A stretch of DNA of 33,177 nt from a virus (Duplodnaviria; Caudoviricetes). The notes under the pieces were generated by a model that saw only the letters and a list, made by a program, of their open reading frames with translations, did no database searches and was not told the origin of the DNA. A program made the translations under genes and the position numbers. Positions 6,794-14,695 of the stretch are shown here, in pieces. The stretch covers positions 1 to 33,177 of the IMG/VR virus record IMGVR_UViG_3300020045_002555. The stretch is one strand, 5' to 3'. Each line of letters starts with the position of its first letter. The stretch's first letter is position 1.

Positions 6794-9154
6794 CTACAAT
6801 CCAAACGCACCCGGCTGCGTAATTGCGTAAGCCTGAGCCCCTGTGCCAAACTTCGTCATCAACACCGATTTTTGCATAGCCTGAATCTCACCCCGTTCCT
6901 CCAGCGTTTTCAACGTCCGTTTAAGCGCATTTGTAGCACCCTGCCTGTCATTCTTGAACGCTGGGGTTGTGCTGGTGTTACGCTGTAGCCAACCGTAAGG
7001 GATAATTCTTTCAGCGTGGAGTTTTTGCGAACTTTCGCCCGCAACTTTCTTAACTTCGTCCCATGATGCCGTTACAAACTTCTTGATTAGCTTAACAAGC
7101 AATTTTGTCTGCTTGGATTCTTCATTATTCACCCCCACATCACCAGACTCGAAACGCCCAAGCATGTTTTTGATGTCGGCCATGACGATATCAATCGCCC
7201 ATTTTGCGGATTCCTTGCTTATTGTGGGCTCAAATGGATTGCACCCAACCGCAGCCAAAGCAGCCAAACGCAATGATTTAAGGTGTACGCGAGTCCACAA
7301 TTGCCGACGCAATTCCATTGCACCTTTAACCGATCTATCGGCCAGTGCGTCAAGATCATCGAACATCACTTCAGCCTCAGCAGTCATTTGAACGTGGATA
7401 ACCTTTTTCTGATTGATAAGGCCGAATGCCGTAGCGCATAAAGTGCCCACATTCTGAATCAATTCGGCTGACGGTACTACCGTGCTTGCGCTCTTATTTC
7501 GTGGAACCCGGTCGCCATGATATTCGATAACGGTAAATCGTGGTAGTAATCCACCCGAAATCATGTTTTCAGTCAATGCTTCGTAAAATGGCTCAGGTGC
7601 GGTTTCACCAAATATGCTAAACGCAGGGGCTTCAACCGACGCGACGTTCTTTTCTCTGTCCGAGTAAGCCATGCCGCCTAACTTATCACCTTCACCTGAA
7701 ACATTATAAAGTTTCAGCAACATCTTTTTAAGGCCAATCATATGCGGGCTTGCATTGTCAGCCCCCATTTCTTTTAGATATAGACCAAATTCTCCGACAA
7801 TTGAGATAAGGCTTGGGTTATCCGACAATGCCTTAATCAATGCTTGCTGTGATGAAATATCAGATGGGCCAATAAAATCATTGGCCGGTGGCACCAATTC
7901 CTTTACTTTAGACATTAATCTACTGATACCGGCATTAGCACCTTCTTTGCCAGTGCCCGTAGCCGCCAATAGTAATGTATATTGATTTAGGCCGGTTCCT
8001 GAAATATTGAATGCTTTACCACAAATGCCGGACATTAAACCAATTGCCCCAGCTAGTGAAATTTCAGGCACCGGGCGCGGAGACTGTGCGTAAATGTATC
8101 GGGCGATATCCCCTAACAATCCCGCTGGTGGGTTATAAATAAATGACGGTTTGTCAATTAATTCAACGGGTTCGCCTAAATTGAGATAATCTTTTCCATC
8201 GTTTATTTCGTATGATTTTTGCGTACTTGCAGCAGCAACTTTTTGGGAAGCCTGAATTGCGGCGTTTACTTGATCCCGCAACCCCTCAAAATCGACTGGT
8301 GGTAACATCTTATCGAAACAACGGTTTAGCATGTAATTAAGCCGATATTGTGCGCGTGACTTAACCCGTTGGGCGAGTCCTGATTTAAGGAATAGCTTTT
8401 GTGTTTGTGCGGCATTCTGTGAATAAAACGCCAAAATATCCATCAATGCGAAATCAGCTTCGCTTTGGCTTGGATAATACTTTTGCCAGTTAGCATGGTC
8501 GAACAAGTCCGAAAACTTTTCAGCATTGCTAGCTGTACGTGCCATTTCAAGCACCGATTCGTCGGATAAATTTGCCTGAGCCAATCCCGCGTAGAACATT
8601 TGGGCGTTTTGCCCTTTGCCCATTTCAGCCCACAATTCATTTAATAGTTCGTTGCGGTCTTTGATTTCAGAATTCTTATAGACGTTTCCCGTCATCGTCA
8701 TAAATCGCTGGTCGCTGTAAACTTCAACACTCGATCGCTTGCGCCCGTTGGGTACAGTACCTTTGATGATGATGTGCAGACCGTTGCCCGATGGTGACAA
8801 TTCCGAATAGCTATCGAACGATTCGTGAATGAAACGCTGACGATCCATGCGCTTATTGAATTCTTCACTAGACAATGCGCTGCCGTCTGGATTTTTCGGT
8901 TCGTCTAAATCAATAAATCCGTATGGGTCACGATCTGACAAAACGAAACCGATTCCCGAATATTTGTCTGAATTGGCAGCATGGATTCGTGTCACTACTT
9001 CATAACTTGCCCATGTGGAGCTATCTGTGGGGCTAGCATTATGCCCGGTTGCCGAATACGGCACTTTGGTGGGCTTTCCCGATGCGCTTTCTTCATAGCA
9101 CCAAAGCACCCAGCTTTTGTAAGCGCGCATTTCATGGGGGATATTGTCAAACAT
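6794..9154 (-). CDS. Primase-polymerase (AEP, NrS-1-like) fused to DUF3987-type P-loop helicase
   Basis: FIDLD, SPSGNGLH, VEVY..RFMTMTG; helix bundle YPSQSEADFAL; Walker A ATGTGKE. Confidence 0.9.
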   Translation of the reverse strand: MFDNIPHEMRAYKSWVLWCYEESASGKPTKVPYSATGHNASPTDSSTWASYEVVTRIHAANSDKYSGIGFVLSDRDPYGFIDLDEPKNPDGSALSSEEFNKRMDRQRFIHESFDSYSELSPSGNGLHIIIKGTVPNGRKRSSVEVYSDQRFMTMTGNVYKNSEIKDRNELLNELWAEMGKGQNAQMFYAGLAQANLSDESVLEMARTASNAEKFSDLFDHANWQKYYPSQSEADFALMDILAFYSQNAAQTQKLFLKSGLAQRVKSRAQYRLNYMLNRCFDKMLPPVDFEGLRDQVNAAIQASQKVAAASTQKSYEINDGKDYLNLGEPVELIDKPSFIYNPPAGLLGDIARYIYAQSPRPVPEISLAGAIGLMSGICGKAFNISGTGLNQYTLLLAATGTGKEGANAGISRLMSKVKELVPPANDFIGPSDISSQQALIKALSDNPSLISIVGEFGLYLKEMGADNASPHMIGLKKMLLKLYNVSGEGDKLGGMAYSDREKNVASVEAPAFSIFGETAPEPFYEALTENMISGGLLPRFTVIEYHGDRVPRNKSASTVVPSAELIQNVGTLCATAFGLINQKKVIHVQMTAEAEVMFDDLDALADRSVKGAMELRRQLWTRVHLKSLRLAALAAVGCNPFEPTISKESAKWAIDIVMADIKNMLGRFESGDVGVNNEESKQTKLLVKLIKKFVTASWDEVKKVAGESSQKLHAERIIPYGWLQRNTSTTPAFKNDRQGATNALKRTLKTLEERGEIQAMQKSVLMTKFGTGAQAYAITQPGAFGL

Positions 9155-9356
9155 TACGCTGTGCCTTCAACCACGTATTAACGCGCTCAATCTTTTCGAT
9201 TGGGGCTGTGCGTAGCTTTCCGTTTTGCAAGTTGGATAGCCAAGCCTCGGAAACAGAGCAAGCCGCCGAAACAGTTTTAAGGCGTATGTGACTGGCTCGA
9301 TTTCGTAAAAGTTTTGACGTTTCGCTCAACCATGTTGATTCTGTATTGGTAGTCAT
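9147..9356 (-). CDS. Cro/XRE-like HTH protein
   Basis: LKTVSAACSVSEAWLSNLQNGK...P.IEKIE helix-turn-helix pattern. Confidence 0.75.
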   Translation of the reverse strand: MTTNTESTWLSETSKLLRNRASHIRLKTVSAACSVSEAWLSNLQNGKLRTAPIEKIERVNTWLKAQRNV

Positions 9357-9476
9357 TTGTGGGCATGTCTATGTGTGCAAGCTGCACCGATGCCCCGAGT
9401 TTACACTAAAAATAAATTCCTACGGCAGAATTTTTATGATATGCTTCACCCATCAACAACCAACTAGGAAATCAAA

Positions 9477-9923
9477 ATGACCGAAATCAATAAACAACCC
9501 CTGACGCAAGTAGTAGGGCGAATGTTTGTAGCAGACATTAAGACTGCTGGCAGCGATTTGCAGTTTGCTTGTCACAATCTTGCAAACGCTTCAGGATGGT
9601 GGACAGACCTTGCGACAGGTGAATCGACAACTAGCAAACCCGGCGAAACCCCAAAAATTAACGTCCCCGAAAAACTTTGCCTGATTCACAGTGAAGTTAG
9701 CGAAGGTATGGAAGGTTTCAGAAAAAACCTGATGGATGATAAATTGCCGCATCGTTCAATGTTGGAAGTTGAATTAGCAGATACCGTTATCCGTTGCTTC
9801 GACTTAGCTGGCGGTTTAGGTTTGGATTTGGGCGGTGCCATTGCTGAAAAATTGCAGTTCAACGCTTCACGTGAAGATCATAAAATTGAAAATCGTTTAA
9901 AAGAAAATGGTAAAAAGTTCTAA
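9477..9923 (+). CDS. mazG: MazG-like nucleotide pyrophosphohydrolase
   Basis: LIHSEVSEGMEG.RK...EVELAD..IR..DL...EKLQFN..R. Confidence 0.85.
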   Translation: MTEINKQPLTQVVGRMFVADIKTAGSDLQFACHNLANASGWWTDLATGESTTSKPGETPKINVPEKLCLIHSEVSEGMEGFRKNLMDDKLPHRSMLEVELADTVIRCFDLAGGLGLDLGGAIAEKLQFNASREDHKIENRLKENGKKF

Positions 9924-9950
9924 ATTGATGTTAGAATTGACGTAACTAAT

Positions 9951-10466
9951 ATGAAACCCGCCATGACAAAATCAACCCCCGACGAAATCGAATTCGCCCG
10001 CCTACAAGCCTTGTTTGTCGAAGGTGGTGAATTTAGCCCACAAGAACACATCTTTTTTCGTGATAAGTTGTTAGAGCAATGGGAACAGTCCAAAGTTGCT
10101 TTGGAACTCGCTAAAGATTTTGAAATGAGTCATCGTAAGGCTATTGTTTTATTTGCGTTTGATCCCGAAAAGAATTCGGGAACTGAAAACGTCGAACTGG
10201 CTAACGGCTACAAACTGAAGTCAGTTAAGAAACTGAATTACAATGTAGATCAAGCTAATGTCAATGCTGCGCTTGATAAGATCGAGGCATTTGGCGAAAA
10301 AGGTAAGGTTATTGCAGAGCGTTTGATTAAATGGAAAGCTGACTTGTCGTTAAGCGAATATAAAACTTTGTCTGAAGAATATAAGGCTATAATTGACGAA
10401 GTAATCACAATTAGCGAAGGTTCACCTACGTTGGAAATCGTTAAGCCTAAAGATAAGAAAGTTTAA
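9951..10466 (+). CDS. Conserved phage protein of the recombination module
   Basis: GTENVELANGYKLK...GSPTLEI; position before Sak4-like gene. Confidence 0.75.
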   Translation: MKPAMTKSTPDEIEFARLQALFVEGGEFSPQEHIFFRDKLLEQWEQSKVALELAKDFEMSHRKAIVLFAFDPEKNSGTENVELANGYKLKSVKKLNYNVDQANVNAALDKIEAFGEKGKVIAERLIKWKADLSLSEYKTLSEEYKAIIDEVITISEGSPTLEIVKPKDKKV

Positions 10467-10661
10467 ATGAAAATCAAACTTCAAGAAGCCAAAGACATTG
10501 AAGCCAAAATTAACCAGCTTCAAACTGAATTAATGGAAACCCTTAAACTTGCTGACGCTAAAGGTATGGTTATCAGTCAACATACTTGTAAGGGTACGCT
10601 TGATCGTTATAGATATATTTTGTCAGGCGTTAAAGTTCACCCTGATGATATTGAAGTTTAA
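10467..10661 (+). CDS. Hypothetical protein
   Basis: 64-aa ORF abutting upstream stop. Confidence 0.7.
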   Translation: MKIKLQEAKDIEAKINQLQTELMETLKLADAKGMVISQHTCKGTLDRYRYILSGVKVHPDDIEV

Positions 10662-10671
10662 TTAACTAAAC

Positions 10672-10746
10672 GCGACAATAGCATAATGGCAATGCAGTGA
10701 CCTCATAAGTCATAAGATATAGGTTCAATTCCTGTTTGTCGCACCA
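10672..10746 (+). tRNA. tRNA with CAT anticodon (elongator Met or Ile2)
   Basis: Acceptor GCGACAA/TTGTCGC, D stem GCAT/ATGC, anticodon arm GTGAC-CTCATAA-GTCAT, T arm ATAGG-TTCAATT-CCTGT, encoded CCA. Confidence 0.93.
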
Positions 10747-10763
10747 ATTTAAGGAAATTAAAA

Positions 10764-11024
10764 ATGTATTACCGCAAAAAACCAGTAGTTATAGAAGCCC
10801 ATTTGTTGACAGAATCTAATCTTGATTTTGTTGAAACATGGTGTAAAGGTTCTATTAAAGGAACTTTTTTACCGGCTTCAGAGCGTTGTATTGATATTCA
10901 AACTCTTGAAGGTGAAATGCGCGCTGACGTTGGCGATTACGTCATCAAAGGGATTAAAGGCGAGTTTTACCCCTGCAAAGCCGATATTTTTGAAGCTAGT
11001 TACGATTTTGTTTCTGAAGTATGA
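10764..11024 (+). CDS. RKKPVVIEA / GDYxIxG family protein, candidate nucleotide-signal sponge
   Basis: YRKKPVVIEA...I.TLEG.M.A..GDYVIKG.KGEFYPCK.DIFE..Y. Confidence 0.8.
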   Translation: MYYRKKPVVIEAHLLTESNLDFVETWCKGSIKGTFLPASERCIDIQTLEGEMRADVGDYVIKGIKGEFYPCKADIFEASYDFVSEV

Positions 11025-11698
11025 ACGCTAAAGACCTAAAACCCGCAGGCCAATTAGCCCAATATTACGGCGTCAAATGCCTAGTGTTTGGCGGGGCCGG
11101 TAGTGGCAAAACGCCAATTTTCAACACCGCACCACGCCCGCTATTGCTGGCTGTGGAACCGGGTATGCTATCAATGCGCGGCTCGAATGTGCCAGCATGG
11201 GAAGCTAAAACAAAGCCGCGAATTGAAGAATTTTTCAAGTGGTTTTTCAATTCCGCTGAAGCAAACAATTACGATACTTTGGGTATTGATTCCCTTAGTC
11301 AAATGGCTGAAATCTATATTGAAGATGCATTAAAGTTTAATTCGCACGGTTTAAAGGCTTACGGTCAAATGGCTACCGAAGTAATGAAGCATGTTAACGA
11401 TCTTTACTACCATCCTCGAAAAAACTTGTATTTGATTGCAAAACAGACTACAATTGAAGAAGGTGGTGCCCAAAAGCGCAAACCTTACTTTCCCGGTAAA
11501 GATTTGAATGTAAAGATTCCGCATTTATTTGATGAAATTTTACATTTGGGAATGCACAATATACCGGGTATAATTGGTCAACAAAGGGCATTTTGTACTG
11601 CCGAACAGTTTGATGTTTTCGCCCGTGATCGTTCTGGACGCTTAGACCCATTTGAGCAACCAGATTTAAGTAATATTTTTAGAAAGTGTATGCAATGA
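11021..11698 (+). CDS. Sak4-like AAA ATPase / ssDNA-annealing recombinase
   Basis: Walker A GGAGSGKT, Walker B LGIDS, C-terminal ARDRSG.L...E.PDL; SSB nearby. Confidence 0.85.
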   Translation: MNAKDLKPAGQLAQYYGVKCLVFGGAGSGKTPIFNTAPRPLLLAVEPGMLSMRGSNVPAWEAKTKPRIEEFFKWFFNSAEANNYDTLGIDSLSQMAEIYIEDALKFNSHGLKAYGQMATEVMKHVNDLYYHPRKNLYLIAKQTTIEEGGAQKRKPYFPGKDLNVKIPHLFDEILHLGMHNIPGIIGQQRAFCTAEQFDVFARDRSGRLDPFEQPDLSNIFRKCMQ

Positions 11699-11973
11699 CA
11701 ACTGACACCAAACCAACCGGCCCAAGTGAAGAAGTGGTAAACATCACTGACATTTTCATGCGAATTTTAGGCGGTCGCCGCCTTGAAGTTTGTCTTAATT
11801 CATTGCAACTTAGCGTAATTACGCTTGCAAGTGATCTACCGAAAGAAGGTCGTGATTTTGTTTCTTTACAAATGAAAGCGTTAATCGAAACTATTGATGG
11901 CATTACAGACGAAGTGAGCCCACAATTAGATGCTTTTGATACCAAACCAAAACTGACTCTTGTTGGTTCCTAA
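11695..11973 (+). CDS. Hypothetical protein
   Basis: ATGA overlap with upstream stop. Confidence 0.7.
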   Translation: MTTDTKPTGPSEEVVNITDIFMRILGGRRLEVCLNSLQLSVITLASDLPKEGRDFVSLQMKALIETIDGITDEVSPQLDAFDTKPKLTLVGS

Positions 11974-12025
11974 TTCTTTCCATACCGAAACCACACGGTT
12001 CTATTGTGGGCAAACAAAGGAAATT

Positions 12026-12256
12026 ATGGAAACTTTCGTTCAACCTAAAGTAACTGGTTATCGCCAGTTAAACGAAACTGAAGCTAAATTGATGAATGAC
12101 ATCAAACTTAGCGGCAAAACATTGGGTGAACTTATCGAGATTCTTGAAAATACAGAAGGTCTTGATAAACGGTTCATTGCAATTGGAAAAACTCAAATTC
12201 AATTGGGTTTTATGGCTCTCATTCGCAGCGTGGCTCAACCCACATCTTTTGTTTAA
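12026..12256 (+). CDS. acb2: Anti-CBASS Acb2-like cyclic oligonucleotide sponge (76 aa)
   Basis: K.TGYR.L...E..LMN.IK and R..AIGKT.IQ.G.MA.IR.VAQP.SF match the recalled Acb2 sequence; AAAGGA RBS. Confidence 0.85.
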   Translation: METFVQPKVTGYRQLNETEAKLMNDIKLSGKTLGELIEILENTEGLDKRFIAIGKTQIQLGFMALIRSVAQPTSFV

Positions 12257-12284
12257 TTTCTCTCAACTTTAAAGGTATTTCAAA

Positions 12285-13001
12285 ATGGCACAACTCCAAG
12301 CCCCATTCAACGCACAACAATTCGACCCAACTCAAGGCGGTGGTTTTCAACAATTGCCAGTAGGTAAACACCCCGTTGTCATCGTGGCGTCTGAAATCAA
12401 GGCGACATCTAATAATGATGGCGGTATGGTTGTCTATCAACTGCAAGTTATTGACGGCCCCGGCAAAGGCATCGAAGGCCCATATCGCATCAACTTGTAT
12501 AACGCAAGCGATAAGGCCCGTTCGATTGCCGAAAGCCAACAATCAGCATTGTGCTATGTGACCGGCGTATTCATGGTGCAAGATACTGCCCAACTGCATA
12601 ACATTCCTTTTGTGGTTGAAGTAAAAGAGCAAGCTTTGACGCCTCAACAAGTCGAAAAGAAAAATGCCGGTGAAACCGTTAACGCATTTACGCAAGTTGT
12701 CAAGGTGTACGACATTCAAGGTAACGAACCCAAAGGTGGCGGTCAACAAGCGGCCCCGGCGCAGCAACAACCAGCCCAACAACAAGCTCCGGTGCAGCAA
12801 GCCCCTGCCCAACAAGCAGCCCCAGCGGGCGCAGGCTGGGCACAGCAACCCGCAGCACAGCAGCAACCCGCAGCACAGCAGCAACCCGCAGCGGGCGGCT
12901 GGGCACCGGCGGTGGCTCCTGTACAGCAAGCGCCTGCCGCTGGTGGCTGGGCTCAAGGGGGTGCTGCCGCCGGTAACAAACCTGCTTGGGGTGCTAAGTA
13001 A
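12285..13001 (+). CDS. Single-stranded DNA-binding protein (DUF669-like) with Q/A/P-rich tail
   Basis: F..LP.G.H...I..SE.K pattern, low-complexity tail, context with Sak4-like gene. Confidence 0.75.
   Translation: MAQLQAPFNAQQFDPTQGGGFQQLPVGKHPVVIVASEIKATSNNDGGMVVYQLQVIDGPGKGIEGPYRINLYNASDKARSIAESQQSALCYVTGVFMVQDTAQLHNIPFVVEVKEQALTPQQVEKKNAGETVNAFTQVVKVYDIQGNEPKGGGQQAAPAQQQPAQQQAPVQQAPAQQAAPAGAGWAQQPAAQQQPAAQQQPAAGGWAPAVAPVQQAPAAGGWAQGGAAAGNKPAWGAK
12840..12890 (+). repeat. In-frame tandem repeat GCACAGCAGCAACCCGCA (AQQQPA)
   Basis: Two exact 18-bp units plus one 15-bp unit. Confidence 0.85.
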
Positions 13002-13010
13002 GTTGTAAAT

Positions 13011-13040
13011 AATAACCGCCTGAAATATGGCGGTTATTTA
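13011..13040 (+). terminator. Intrinsic terminator
   Basis: AATAACCGCC-N8-GGCGGTTATT. Confidence 0.8.
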
Positions 13041-13057
13041 TATTTGGAGAATAAATA

Positions 13058-13240
13058 ATGAATCTGGTTGATTGTGTAGTCACTAAAGTTTTGGGTGAGC
13101 CTTACTATTTATGGTGTAAATGGATGATTGATGTGCAATATGAGGATGATTGCTCTATTCAAGTATCAACAATGAGTATAGTGTGCAATACCAAGGAAGA
13201 AGCCGAATCAATCAAAGTTGGTTATAAATTCTTGGCTTAA
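13058..13240 (+). CDS. Small conserved phage protein
   Basis: GGAG RBS; MNL.D..VT..L.EPY...TKEEAE.IKVGY.F pattern. Confidence 0.75.
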   Translation: MNLVDCVVTKVLGEPYYLWCKWMIDVQYEDDCSIQVSTMSIVCNTKEEAESIKVGYKFLA

Positions 13241-13242
13241 AT

Positions 13243-13740
13243 ATGCAAATCTCTAAAGCGTTACCAATCCCAACACGGTGCGATAATTGCAATTCTGACC
13301 GAATGGGTCTAACTTCAAAATCTGTTATTTATGGAAAAGAATATGGAAGCTGGCCTTATTGTTATTATTGTGATGATTGTGGCGCTATTGTCGGCTGTCA
13401 TTCTAATACTTACACCCCTTTGGGATATATGGCAAGTTCTTATGTTAGACGACTTCGCGCAAAACTCCATAAAGTATTTGATCCCATTTGGCAATTAAGA
13501 TATTTATCTCGCAGTCAGGCTTACGACTGGTTAGCTTCGCAATTGTGTATTGAAACTAGTAATTGTCATATATCGCAAATGACGCAATCCCAATTAGAGC
13601 AATCGTTACTAATATTGGCAGCGCATAAAGCTAACGGTTATTCGCAATTTCAGAAAAGGAAAATCAAAAATGACGCCCGTAAATCAGCCCGATTCAGTCG
13701 GGAAAATGACCGAATCAACCGTAGGCGCTCAGGAAACTAA
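13243..13740 (+). CDS. DUF3268-like zinc-finger protein
   Basis: CDNC...CDDCGAIVGCH...PLG..A...LR..LH..FDPIW...RS.AY.WLA...CHI. Confidence 0.85.
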   Translation: MQISKALPIPTRCDNCNSDRMGLTSKSVIYGKEYGSWPYCYYCDDCGAIVGCHSNTYTPLGYMASSYVRRLRAKLHKVFDPIWQLRYLSRSQAYDWLASQLCIETSNCHISQMTQSQLEQSLLILAAHKANGYSQFQKRKIKNDARKSARFSRENDRINRRRSGN

Positions 13741-14695
13741 CCTAGGGTCGCTGACGGTTAACAGAAGCGTCTCAGAGCGCGTCAAGAGCGATATTGACTC
13801 ACACACCTCAGAAATCTATGTCGATGGCTTCAGGTGGCATTTGGGTGCCTCCCTGATAGGTAGTGAATGCAAGCGGGCGCTTTGGTATGGGTTCCGCTGG
13901 GTGTTGCCCACAAGTAAATCGGGCCGTATGCAACGACTATTCAATCGCGGTCATTTGGAAGAATCTCGTCATGCTGAATGGTTGCGTGGTATCGGTTTTA
14001 CAGTCTGGACTCACGATGAAAGCCAAACCAAACCAGACGGTACTTATCCACAATTACGAATCGTAAATTCCTGCAAAGGGCATTTGGGTGGTTCGCTTGA
14101 TGGTATCGTGAAATTCCCCGAACGATATAAAATTAATGGTTATGCCATTCTTGAATCTAAAACCAGTGCTACTGGTGCCAAGTTCAATAATCTAGGTAAA
14201 GAGGGGTTGATTAAAGCCAACCCCCAGCACTACGCACAGAATTCGATTTACGGCGCAAGCTATGGAATTGAGCATGTTCTCTATATCTGTGCAAATAAGA
14301 ATGACGATGATCTTTATATTGAGGTCGCTAATCTCGATTTCAAATTAGCCGGTCAAATGGAAGTAAAAGCGGAGTCTATTATTTTCAGTCAAGAACCGCC
14401 GGCAAAACTATCTGAAAATCCAACATTTGTTAAATGCAAAAATCTCTGTGATTTTAAAGAGATTTGTCACCATAATAAACCTGCGGTTAAGAATTGCCGG
14501 TCTTGCATCAATTGTGCGGCTGTAGATAATGCTGAGTTCTTTTGTTCTAAATGGAATGGTGTTATACCTCGTGAAGAAGTGTATAAAGGTTGTCCTGAAT
14601 GGGTGACGATATTACCTGCTATTGTGGGCAAAGTAATTCCAATTAAAAAGAATAAGAATTCTGATTTTGTGCTTGACTCGGATATACCTTTCTGA
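13670..14695 (+). CDS. Cas4/RecB-like PD-(D/E)xK exonuclease
   Basis: GAS.IG.EC.R.LW, SLDG, LESKT, QNSIY, CKNLCDFKEIC Fe-S cysteines, extra Cys-rich tail. Confidence 0.85.
   Translation: MTPVNQPDSVGKMTESTVGAQETNLGSLTVNRSVSERVKSDIDSHTSEIYVDGFRWHLGASLIGSECKRALWYGFRWVLPTSKSGRMQRLFNRGHLEESRHAEWLRGIGFTVWTHDESQTKPDGTYPQLRIVNSCKGHLGGSLDGIVKFPERYKINGYAILESKTSATGAKFNNLGKEGLIKANPQHYAQNSIYGASYGIEHVLYICANKNDDDLYIEVANLDFKLAGQMEVKAESIIFSQEPPAKLSENPTFVKCKNLCDFKEICHHNKPAVKNCRSCINCAAVDNAEFFCSKWNGVIPREEVYKGCPEWVTILPAIVGKVIPIKKNKNSDFVLDSDIPF

Noticed and set aside
6248-6830. ORFs 6248..6430, 6334..6543, 6438..6830
   Set aside because: Cross terminators and repeats, lack RBS; recurring YHGN/SWE merely translate the repeat
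10671-10746. Initiator tRNA-fMet
   Set aside because: Cloverleaf register starts at G10672 with paired 1-72; no three G-C pairs in anticodon stem
13670-14695. Cas4 as sign of CRISPR-Cas
   Set aside because: Solo Cas4-like nucleases are normal in phage recombination modules; no cas1/cas2
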